Positions 51,170-62,690 of a stretch of DNA of 64,000 nt are shown in pieces. The stretch comes from Isurus oxyrinchus (taxonomy: Eukaryota). Below the pieces are notes generated by a model. It made no database searches and was not told the DNA's origin. It was given only the letters and a program-made list of their open reading frames with translations. Every line of letters begins with the position of its first letter. Positions within the stretch are counted from its first letter, which is position 1. The stretch spans positions 14,756,001-14,820,000 of the forward strand of contig JANJGN010000033.1 in NCBI GenBank assembly GCA_026770705.1. The letters are read 5' to 3'. A program made the translations under genes and the position numbers.

Positions 51170-51395
51170 ACTCTTTCGAGTACAAACCCATTTCTATCTG
51201 TTTCAGATGAAGTTACATTATTCCGTAGTTTGCCATTGTGAGATTTGAACTCTTGATACTCTTTCGAGCACAAACCCGTTTCCATCTGTTTCAGATGAAG
51301 TTACATTGTTTCATAGTTTGCCATTGTGAGATTTGAACTCTCGATCTTGGGGTTACAAACCCAGTACCATAACCACTTGGCTATTTAGGCCAAAC
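51170..51395 (-). mobile_element. tRNA-Thr(TGT)-like SINE/pseudo-tRNA with an 88-bp tandem duplication and flanking direct repeats
   Basis: Minus strand from 51391 reads GGCCTAAA TAGCCAAGTGG...CTGGG TTTGTAA CCCCA...GAGTTCAAATCTC. Repeat units start at 51171 and 51259. CTAACTTGTA occurs at both 51160 and 51400. Confidence 0.7.
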
Positions 51396-51899
51396 GCCAC
51401 TAACTTGTACCTGCAAACCTGCCACCCATGCATTAATTAAACATTTGAAACATGTGCAGGTGCTGTGTGCTAATAAGAAGCTGCAATGGAGCAGGCAACT
51501 CCTTGGAACTCAACCACAGCGCACTGAGACTCGCTAGGCAGATCACAAACATGGAGGAGCAGATCTGAGTCTTTCGAGGCTCTGTAGTCAATTCCTGAAA
51601 GGGGCAACTGCTGCTTCCCTTTGGCCAGCTTCGCGGTTGGCCAGGTATTTTGGAAAAAGAAGTTTCACTGAAATTTGCCTCCGGTGGTAACTGCTGCTTC
51701 CAACCTTTGGGCAACATCGGGGGTTTCCTGCAAGCGTTCAATTCGGAGTTTTCAAAAAGCTGGCACTTCTTTTGCAGCTCTCCAAATTTAGCTGCGCTCT
51801 GCGACGACCTAGTTTGCCTAGTGATTGCACTGACCCTGAGTGGATCCAAGGTAACAGATTCCATGGAACTCCATGCCTTTAATGGAAAGAAATTACTGT

Positions 51900-53840
51900 C
51901 CTGACCATGGTGGAAAAGGAGGTAATTGAAATACTTGATGGGTTAAAATTGATAAGGAAGCCATATAAAATTGGTTGACTAATTTCGATAATTAATTTCG
52001 ATAAATCACCTAGATCGCACACTTTGCATCCACGGATACTGAGCAAAACAAGGGGAGAAATTGTAGGGACACTGACGATAATAATACAATTATCCTTAAG
52101 TGCAGAGGTGGTTAAGAGGAATCGAAAATTGGAACTACTTCATCGTTGTTCAATGAAGGTTATAACGAGATGCCCACTAACCATGACCCAGTCACGTTGA
52201 CTCCAGAGTTTAAAGAACTTTTGAAATAATAATTCTGGATGAAATTTACCGACACTTGAACAAAGGCTGATAAATTAAGGAAACTGGTTAAATTTGTGAA
52301 GGCAGAATCGTGTCTTAAAAGTTTTTTGAATTTTTTGATGCGGTAGCAAAGTGGGTAGATGAGGGAAATGCATTAAATGTAGTGTGCATGACCTTCTACA
52401 AGGCATTAGATAAGAACATAAGAAGTCAGTGCTGAACTAATACATTCAGCCCCTCAAGTTTGCCCTGCCATTCAATAAGATCATGGCTGATCTGCCCCAA
52501 GCTTTGACTCCTCTTACGCGCCAGCTCCTCACAGCCCTCAACTCCTCGATATTTCAAAAATCTATCTAACTCCTTTTCAGTACATTCATTAACTTAACCT
52601 CAATAGCTCTCTTGGGTAGAGGATTCTAGGCATTCATTACCCTCTGAGAGAAGAAATTCCTTTGCATCTCATTTTTAAATGAGCTACACAAAGAGCATGC
52701 AAGCAAAGTTATAACGCTGGAATAAATGGAACCAGAGCAGATATGAATATTAAATTTGAGGAGTGACAGGAAAGAGAGACGAGTGGTGACAGTTTGCTTT
52801 TCGGATTGGAGGAGGATTTATACTTCAATTCTCTTTGCACATTGTTAGGAATGCTGCTTCTTTGTGTGTTAGACAAGTGACTGAAGATCTGATGTGCAAT
52901 GCAAAAATTCTAATTTTGGGCATGATTCAATACTAAGAAGTGTTGGGAAGTGCGGGAGGATTGTACTAAACTTCAAAAGGACATAGAAAGGCTGACAGAT
53001 TTGGCAGCCAATTGGCAGTTGGAACTTAATGCAGATAAGTGTAAAGTGATTAATAGTTGTCGAACAAATTGTGTAATATATTGTAAAATAAAGTTTACAA
53101 TGCAGGAGAGTGTATAGACACAGAGAGATCTGGGGGTATATGTGCACAAATCATTGAAGGTGGAAGAATAGTTTGAGTGAACATCTAATAAAGCATACAC
53201 AATCCTGCGCTTTCCAAATTGGGCTTAGAGTGCAAAGTTAAAGAAGCTGTGATCAAACTGGAAAAAATCCTTGGTTGGCCTCACCTGCATTATTGTGTTC
53301 AATCCTGGACACCACAATTGCGGATCAAGGGGTCAGCATTGGAGAGGGTGCATGAAATCTTCCCGAGAATCGTTCATGAGTTGAGAAACTTCAGTTATAG
53401 AGATCAATTGGAGAAGCTGGGACTGTTCTCCATGGAGAGGAAAAGTTTGAAAGGAGATTTGATAGAGCCATTCAAACGTATGAGTGATCTGGACAGGGTA
53501 GATAGAGAGGAACAATTCCCAGTGGGAGAATAATCGAGAAACCGATGACACTGATTTTAGATGATTTCCCACATAAGTAATGGTGGTGGGAGGGAAAGTA
53601 AAATTTACTTACATAGTGAGTGGTTGAGATGTGGATTGTATTATGGAAAATTTTGGTGCAAGAAGATTCAATGTGCTTTCCAAGGGGGAATTAGATCATT
53701 ATATGAAGAATAACAAAAAATCAGTGCTTTGGAGAATTGATGTGGGAGTGGCACTAAGTGACTTACTCACAAAGAGAGCTGGCACAGGAAGGATTGCTCA
53801 GATGGCCACTTTCAGTGCTAAAAACATTGTACGATTCAAT
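51900..53840 (+). mobile_element. Decayed CR1 LINE (paralog of 10171-11830, longer at its 5' side)
   Basis: PHLHYCVQSWTP...ALERVH...LEKLGLFSMERKSLKGDLIE. Confidence 0.85.
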
Positions 53841-54009
53841 GTGTCTATGACTTCGAAGCACTGTGCCAGACCACTAATTATGTTCTGCTGTTGAGAAATG
53901 TTAGTACGGTGAGATGATTCTGTTGTTTGCAACTTGTCCTACAAAGAGGGCAAATAATATTACAGTTATACAAAGCCTTGGTCGAACCTCACCTATTTTT
54001 CATTCCTTA

Positions 54010-54375
54010 ATGGGATGGGTATTGTTGACAAATCCAGCATTTGTTGCCCACCCCGAATTCCTTTTGAATAAAACATTGTGGAGAGCAGGTAAGAATCAAC
54101 TAAATTGCTTTGGGTCTGGAAATTTATGTAGGCCAGACTGGGCTGGGAAAGGGTGGCAGATTTATTTTCCTCAAGGACTTTAGTGAACTAGATGGGTCTT
54201 TCCGACAATAGATGATAGGTTCACAGTTACTGAGACGAGCTTTATATTCCAAATTAATTGACTGAATATCAGTTCGACTAGCTACCACGGTGGGAATAGA
54301 ACCTATCTCCCCAGGGCATTCGCCGGGGTCTTTGGATTATCAATCGAGTGACACTATAACTATGGTACCAGCCCC
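54010..54375 (-). mobile_element. tRNA-derived SINE (paralog of 11995-12370)
   Basis: Same position and orientation within the duplicated block. Confidence 0.7.
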
Positions 54376-55972
54376 GCTATCTTTAGTACTATTTTCAGTT
54401 TTACACCATAACTCAGTAAGGATAATAATTCCGCTAAAATACAGAGGAGAGGTTGCATTAAAGTGAGTTGATTTATCTTCAATCGAGGCCGGTTGATATG
54501 CAGTATAATCGAAAAATTTAAAATAAGAAGAGGGAGAAAAAAATCGGCAATGCAGCCGCAGAGAAACCGTTTCACATAACAGAAAGTAAGGAGGATAACC
54601 ATAAAATTAGATACAAACCATTCATGGTGCAAACCTGTAAGGATGATTTCACACAAAGTGTAGAGGAAATCTAAAACTGAATTCATGAAACGATGATGCA
54701 GGAGGGCTGGGGAGCGGAATTTGGTGATTGCCAGAACTACATAGCTGGATTGTTGTTCTTTAAGTGTATCAAGCTAACTAAAATAACAGTGGATAAATGG
54801 AATTGTAGCAAAGACCATCTATGATGTCAATAAATGGCAGATCGCGATTGCGAGGCCAGCACGATATAATGAAGCTTAGGGGGATCGACTGATAATCTTC
54901 TCAAAAGCACCCAGGTGTGCTCTACAACGGAGCGCCCCTAGATTTGGATCTGGATGATATAATAATATTAAACATGGGAACATCATGTATCACCATGGAA
55001 TTACACTGCCCTTCAAATACATCTGCCCTGCATCTTAAATTAGGTTAACTTGCTTTGTGACATCCTTTGATACACTAATCTAATAAAATGTATCTATCGT
55101 AGTTTTAATAAGTCCACAATGTCCCCAAGCATGCAAAGCACGTTGGGTGAAAGAGCTGCAGATATGCACCACTCTATACGTGAAAGAGTATTTGCTAGTT
55201 TCACTCCTGGATGGCATATGTTTAGTTTAAGATCGAAACACATTGTTACTGAGACCTCCTTCAGAAAGCGTAGGTCATCAGCAGCTAACCAACAATCATG
55301 TCAATTGCTTTGCTCATTTTAGACTCTTTCATTGCACTTCAATTTTCTTTCGGCTAACATGAACATAACAGGCCGAACAGGCTCCATCTGTGTGCTAATT
55401 TTCTAGGATTGTAATAATTTATCTCATTCCTGTCATCATAAATTCATATTCTAATCCCGGTCACATTCGATGGAATTTGCAATGCTTCGCCAGCAAGGCC
55501 CATTTTCCTGATGTGTGTTAGCCAAAATTAAAAAAAGAGATAACGCTCTGGATAGGGTCTGTCCTGAGTTCTATGCAGCCAAAGAATAATGTCTACACCT
55601 GACTTTTCCAGCCCTTGTGACAAAGAAGAACTTCGTAATAAGAGTTAATATTTCCTTTTACGCTTATCAATTAACTTACAACCATTTTTGTGCATGGGCA
55701 GCAAAAGTTTTTGATAGATCCTATCTTCTCACCGTTTGGACCAAAGGCTGGTTTAACTTTTTTTTGGTGTCCTAAATGAACTCAGTTTACCCCATTGAAT
55801 TGCATCTGCAATAGTTTGGGCCACTTACGCCGTCACTGTGAAACCGCCTGATGCCATAATCAGGATCTCCTGGCCCAGAGTTTCCACTGACCAATTTGTT
55901 TGCATGCATGAAACACATTAAGGCAATTAAGATGATAAACAACACGAATGGCTGAATATTGAGATCTAATGA

Positions 55973-56883
55973 TCAGTTATTTTTATTTTTAATCACTTTA
56001 ACAATTACATTAAAGGGATATTTAAAGATATTCTTCACCTCCTCTCTGAATTTGCGTTGTATCACGGCATACATGCAGGTGTTGGTGCAGCAAGCCGTGA
56101 GTTGAAGCATGAAAGCTAATTCCCGTATGTATACCGGTAAATAAACAGTCTCATAACCCAGGTACATCATTCGCCAATAAATACAATATATCATATATAA
56201 TGTCCAAAGCACTATGAAATTCCCTGAAACCCCATAGAGAATAATCATTGATTTCCTGCGGTTCTCCATCTCTTGGTCAGTGAGACACTCTGTATTGACA
56301 TGACTGCGTAGTCTCCTGCGGGCTCTGTTGGCCAGTAAAATGTACTTGACGGTGAGAGCATTGAAAAACAAGACAAGGACAAATGGAATACATGGATTTA
56401 TAATATAATGGATGAATTCCACCGTTCCCCAAGCCTTTGATTCAGCAACACTGTCTGGCACATTACAAAACCAGGATTGATTTATTAACCAGTAATTGCC
56501 CGTGTACATAAAACACCAAAAAATATTTTTTAAAGAGAAGAGCGCAGTTATTGCCAATATGACCGTATTTGCTGTTTTCTCCACACAATATTTAATTTTT
56601 AACCTCTGGCAGCAAATCGCTATATATCGGTCAAAGGTGAAACTGACAGTGAACCACACAGAACAGTCTGTGACTGCGTGAAGAATGGCTGCATGGAAAT
56701 TACATACTGGGATATTCCTTATGAAGTTGAACTTTATACGGTAATTAGTAGGGATATGCCTTAGCATCACATCAAATGTAACGACCAGTAGATCGGCTGC
56801 GGCCATGGCCACCAGGTAACGAGTGATACATTTGGAGAGACCACACTTTCCACGAGACAAGATCACAATTGTCACAATGTTAA
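55973..56883 (-). CDS. Gene D exon 2: probable G-protein coupled receptor 139-like; spliced product 353 aa
   Basis: Acceptor TTCTTACAG at 56884, then a 911-nt exon with the same 7TM motifs as B. About 25 differences in 300 aa versus B (manual count), no indels. Confidence 0.95.
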
Positions 56884-58399
56884 CTGTAAGAAGTTAAACG
56901 AAAACATATGAAAATCAGAGTGAAGGTGTCCGTCTTCTGGACTCATTGTTAACACAATGCCATTGATGGAAATGACTTTCACTGAAGAGAATGTTTGACA
57001 ACACTTCAGTTACTATTGGAAAATATATATCCAGTTAAAAACAACTAAATGGGTAACGCAAAACAGCATAAGAATATCATATTCAAAATAAAATGCTATA
57101 GTGTATTGGGTGCCTGAAATATTGGCACTGGACATTCTTCCATTGCTTTAAGTGACTGTGTTGTATCACGCAACTGAAGAGTATGAGAACATGTTAAGCC
57201 AGTTCACCGATTGTGATACATAGCAACTGAAGGGATCCTATTGGGCTTCTAGCTAATTGCACTGGTCACCACTCACTGATTCTGTGTTACATGTGTGACC
57301 AGTGAATGACTAGCCCCTGATCATGACTCATGTTCAAGGTTATGGAGGAGGAAACAAATCCATGTGCAGGTCCTGCTCATTTTTCAGTATCTGCTGCTGT
57401 AATCTAGGACTTCAGATTTCAGGATGATAGGATTAGCCATAGTGAAACTCTTTAGGAATTAACCAGGGAATATTTATCTGTAGGGGCTTGGAAGTGGAGA
57501 CAAGGCATGCACATGCAGCTACACTCTAACAAGGATAAAAACCTTTATTCCCCATCTTGGAATCTTGCAACAAGAAATGAGACCACTCGAACATTCTTTC
57601 TTGTGCCAGCGCTTTTAATGAATGTCAAATTGAATGGATTACACTGCTTTTCCTTATAATTTTAGAATATTCACCACAACAAAGTCATTATCCAATTTAC
57701 ATTTGAGTGTTACTCTTGAAACTACTTTCATCACTCTTTGAGACGTTGAAAAATTAACCAACGCTCTACTTTCAAATGAAATCCTCATCCCAGCTACAGC
57801 TCTTTTGACATGTACCTTAAAATCGATCCTTTGTTTACCAATGCTCCTTCTAATGAAACACGTCCTCTTTGTTTCTTCCTTCTACTCATTTGATAATATT
57901 AATTTGAAATAAAATATTTCCTGCCACCCCGTTAAGCTTCTGTGCAAGAAGGAGAATTTTTGCAGTTTCTCGAGCCTCAACACGTTAAGGAAGACTGAAA
58001 AGCACGCTTAAAATTGGATAAGAGGATTAAAGTATAGACTCAAGCAAAGGAGCTGCACATTAATACGGCATCATGAAATTCGAGAAGGAACTGACATAGG
58101 AAGAATGGGGAAGCAGGATGTGAGCGTGCAACCTTAGAAAATGTTGGGCAGTATGTGTATTTGTTGTTATACTAACTCTGGATTTTGAGAGCATAGTTAT
58201 AAAACCAGCACGAACAAGCTCGGGTGAGGGGGTGAAATAGAATGAAGAAAGCTACCACATATAATCGATAAAACAAACATTAATTTACTTGTTCCATCTG
58301 TTGCAATAATTAAACACACTGATTGACTTATATTGATATTATTGAATTTGCATCAAATGCACGCAATATTTGTTCAAATTGTCAAAATACATCGCAGAA

Positions 58400-58465
58400 A
58401 TATCGGTTCTTCCCTGCGATAGAACATTGGCCATATCAGATCTTTACTGCAATACAACATTGGCT
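58400..58465. repeat. Diverged 33-bp tandem duplication in the intron of D
   Basis: ATATCGGTTCTTCCCTGCGATAGAACATTGGCC followed by ATATCAGATCTTTACTGCAATACAACATTGGCT. The B intron has a single copy (~16361-16393). Confidence 0.8.
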
Positions 58466-59875
58466 ATGCTGCAGAAAGGTTTTTTTTACATTGGTAAAGC
58501 CATTTTTGATATCCATCATTGAACTTTGCCATTCAATTGCACATTTCTCTGTATTTTATTTGTTTTGTATGCATCCCAAAATTCGATGTTTTACTAACAT
58601 GAAACATAATTCCAAAATATCATAATGGATTAATAAACAAGCGATATGGAAAAGCTGAGAGTTTTAACCTGTTTGTGAGTAATGGCTCCATGGACAATTG
58701 ATACTGGAACATTGCAACAGACTGATGGAAATTGCTGAAAGTGCCTATCTATGAATTATCAGTGAACTGTTACATATTGATATCGGATAACATTTCGAAG
58801 AACAATTGTTAATCAGCCATTGATGTTGTGCTGAAAAGAGATTTGTTGAATGGAAACTAGAAGTGTCGCACTTGCGGAGATACCTCAGACTAATGGCAAT
58901 AGATACAGTGCGGGATTATAAGTTCAACTATCAGTGCACTATAACACCGGTTCAAAGTGTTGTGGTGCACTGAACACTAGTTAACTTGAAGATGCAATGT
59001 TCATTGTATGGAAACCATAAGGTCGTGTCTGCATACAGTTACATCTGTCTAATTGGTTGCATTATCAGGCACAGAAAGAAGAGGGCTGATAGCAGCTAAA
59101 TTGGAACATGCTAACAAAGCTAGAACTAACAATGCAGTTAATCGTCATTACCCAAATAATGTATAAAAATAATCTCCTAAATGCAAGAATAGTAATGCAC
59201 TTTGAAATAAATCATAATATAGCTATTAAAAGATACTGATATTGTTGCATAATGTCCAAGTATTCTCAGTGAGGCAGCTAAGCGGAGTTGAATTACTTCT
59301 AAATGCCTGACCATTTCTCCTACTCACTCTATTACTCGACATAACAAAGTATGCCTTCAGATAAGATTAAAGTCCTGGTATGTAACGTTCTACTCTCAAA
59401 CTTGCATTGTGCAGCCACGACAAACAGCACAAGTAATCATTGAACAATGTGATGATCTTATATACTGAAATAAAGTTCGATGGTTAGCCAAATCTATCCA
59501 GATCAAACAAATTGTAAAAAAAAAAGTGAAGAAACTGATCCCAATGAAATACACAGGCGGCTGGAAACAACCACGTCACAGAAACATGGGGCCTACTTAT
59601 ACTTAGAGCAGATCGACTTTAGTCAGTGCAGATAAGCAGTGACAGAAATAGTCCGATTGGAGATTTTAATACATACAGCCTATAGATTTAGTCACTGAAT
59701 ATCATGACTTGCGTGGTGCGTGAATAGTAAATGGGTGCGAAAATATTAATGATAAATATGAAGCAACTGTGCAATTGTACAAGCTTCATTGATGATTCAA
59801 CTTGATACCGTAGTTTGAGTAATTCACGAACATCATAAACGGCAATGAAATACATAGCTGGATAAAATGACTTAC

Positions 59876-60026
59876 AAGGAATACCAAATGCAACCAGAAT
59901 TGGATAATAAACGCGCTGCACATTCCGAAAAGCAATTTGTATTTTCAGCAGCGGCAACATGTACGATAGTCGATCTTGCGTGAAAAGTGATGAACTTTCA
60001 AACTCCAGCATTTGACTTCCATCCAT
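59876..60026 (-). CDS. Gene D exon 1 of an intact GPR139-like GPCR
   Basis: ATG at 60026 opens MDGSQ...YYPILVAFGIP (50 codons + 1 nt), with donor T|GTAAGT at 59875. 37 of 50 aa are identical to gene B exon 1. Confidence 0.9.
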
Positions 60027-60077
60027 GATCCACTTTCTGTGGGATCCACAAATTCGTTAGTCCCTTCTAGAAATGCC

Positions 60078-60160
60078 TTTCTTCTTATAGAACTGATTAT
60101 ACTCTAGTGTGTTAATTATGACCCAGTAGCACCCACATTAATTACGGCAATTGAACAAAC
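60078..60160 (-). promoter_or_regulatory. Putative core promoter of gene D
   Basis: TATAAGAAG on the minus strand starts at 60089. TTAATTA occurs at 60112 and 60138, matching the B copy. Confidence 0.45.
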
Positions 60161-62494
60161 AGATTCTGTTATTCCCCTTGTGCACAAATAGTTTCTTTTC
60201 TTGGAGCACAGTTATTTTTATCACGTGTTACGCAAACCTCGTAAAAATCAGCAGAGTACAAACTCAAACAAACATGAAACTACAATATAATAGAAATATA
60301 ATGAAGGGAAAATTCAAAAAATTAATAGAGCATCTGATGAATGGGGTATTGTGTCCACTTGTGCAAAGGACGAATAGAAGGACATCCGATTATTTATTTG
60401 AGATCATATCTGAAAACTAATCTGAAGCCGTGGTATCAGTCAGATCTGGGCCATGGATGAATCTTACTTTGAACGATTGAAAACAAAGATTGAGGAGATT
60501 TTCGGAGACACTCTTAAGTCCCATCACATTTTTTTTAAGAAATTATTCTGTGGCTCCGGAACAAGTTTTAAACATTGTCAATTTCAAGGAAATCTCTAGC
60601 TTAAAAGCTTGGTCTACAACTGTGTACAAGTACCTGCCCTGTCTTTTGATTGCTTTTTATATATTGGCACTCGGGCATCCCCATGTAGGCGCAACTCGCG
60701 CTCATCGTAAATTCCTACAGATTTGTTTTCACAATCCACAATGACGTCTGTGATGGAGTCACATGTTTATGAGCAGCACAGGAATGCAAAAACTTTCAAT
60801 TGATTCCCTTAAAGTGTTCTTACGACAAGACGATGTAAAGATTCACACAGACTGGGGTAAACTGTCCAATACGCTCTGCAAACACATTCATGATCTCCAC
60901 GAACAGAGGATCTGATCCTTGACCTCCTCTGGAGAATCTTTGAGAACTTTGAACCACCTCAGAAGCACTTCACAGAATCCTGCGACGGCTGCCAAAGTTT
61001 GACAACCTCCTGAATGTGTGAAATGCATAGCATTTCATGAAATTGGTGACAACCCCACTTCTCTTGTGAAACACATGGATATTAAAAGCACGACATATCT
61101 GAATAACCTATATACATTAATGAATTTAAATGGCTTCCATGGATAGGGCCAGGAAAAAAAAGCAATGCTGATGGACGATTCAGCAAGTGGTAAATTCCTC
61201 AATGCGCCTTCAAAATTTCGAATCACTTCTGCTAGCCTGAAGACCACCTAAAAGCATGATCTCCATATCACAAGCACAAATGCTGTGCTACTATCAAAGG
61301 TGTGGTTCCAGCTAACACACATAATCATGTTGGCCAGTGTATGGACCGAGTCCAAGCCAGCAGCATTCCGAAAATCCATGCTGTAACCAACAATCGCTCC
61401 CGCCATTGTGCCCTTGCCAGTTATTTGAAATAACAACCGAATTAGCCCGACTTTCTGACTTTCTCCCACTCATAGCAATACACTTTTTTTTCTGTTTCAC
61501 ATATTCATCCAATTTCCCATCGAAAGTTATTGGCTACGCTTCCAGCACCACACTGGACGCCAAAACATCGGAAAATTTACAGGGGCTGGCGCTGCCTGAG
61601 TGCCTACGATCCATTGCACCACCGGAATTATTAGCTCACACACCGACATTTGCAAATGCCCTCATTTAGCACAGAAACATAGTAAGGCCCCGGGAACAAA
61701 CTCTGATATTTAATTAGATCATGGCTGGTCTGCACTAAAGCTACATTTAGTTAATGTCACCCAAATTCCTTGGTAATGTTACCTTGTAAAAATCATTCGG
61801 CAGCGTTGTTGGTCATTTAAATTCATCCAATATTCACAAGCAAACCTGTCATTTTGAATCATGTCTTCTTCTAAACTAGGAAGGACCCCAGCACCTTTTA
61901 TGTGCATAATCTGGTTCCAAAAGCCTATCCGTTGCTTCTTAGCCTTGCTGAGGCGCTGCCCAGGCCAACAGGGAGAACCACCTCATCCTCTTCTAAGTTA
62001 TCACTTCAACCAGCTGAGAGGAAGGACAGGCCGGCTTCTCATTCATGTGGGAAAGACGCGGAGTAGCACTCTGTACTAAAACTGGCTGCTCAGATTTTGT
62101 GCTCAACCTCCCAGTCCCACGGACTGCACATGACCCCGCCACAGCGCTTTGCTGAGACAACGCTGAAGAAAAGCTTTTGGATTCGAGCTGCCCTTTCAAA
62201 ATGGGAAATCGAACTTGGCCCACAGAAGTGAAAGCAATGAATCCCAACGGCTTCAGAATCCGAACGGGGCTTTGTCAGTGATGGGAGTTGCTGATTTGTG
62301 ATATGCCGACATGAGCTCGGACAGAGGCATTTTAGAAAAGGTTAACCCAGGGAGAATCTTGGTTGAGAATTCCCGGATTCAAGTCGCTTAGTGTGTTATT
62401 TTTCAACCGAGATAGCTTTAACATATAGATTGGTGTTTGCATTATTCTTCCTCGAAATCGCTTTGAAAGAACGTATTTCCATTTACATACAACC

Positions 62495-62690
62495 ATATAA
62501 TGCCGGAAAAACTCAGCAGGTCTAGCAACATTTCTGGACAGAGATAAAGAGAGTTAATGTTCCGAGTCCGTATGACTCTTCGCCAGAGCTCTGTTTCTCG
62601 CTCCACGGATGCAGCCAGACCTGCTGAGTTTCTGCGGAATTTTACGGTTTTACTTCTGATTTCCAGCATCCGCAGTATTTTGCTTCCATT
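62495..62690. mobile_element. Penelope-relic inverted-repeat element with a mutated hammerhead core on the minus strand
   Basis: AACTCAGCAGGTCT ... AGACCTGCTGAGTT are inverted arms. Minus strand reads CTGGCGA-AGAGTC-ATACG-GACTC-GGAACATTAACTC. Confidence 0.65.

Noticed and set aside
51171-51346. CRISPR-like array
   Set aside because: There are only two adjacent 88-bp units with no unique spacers, in eukaryotic DNA.
51320-51392. Functional tRNA-Thr(TGT) gene
   Set aside because: The acceptor and T stems pair poorly, and it sits inside a repeat with flanking direct repeats. Treated as a SINE head.
51433-51864. 143-aa minus-strand ORF
   Set aside because: No recognisable domain or supported splice structure. 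It may be a transposon fragment but cannot be assigned.
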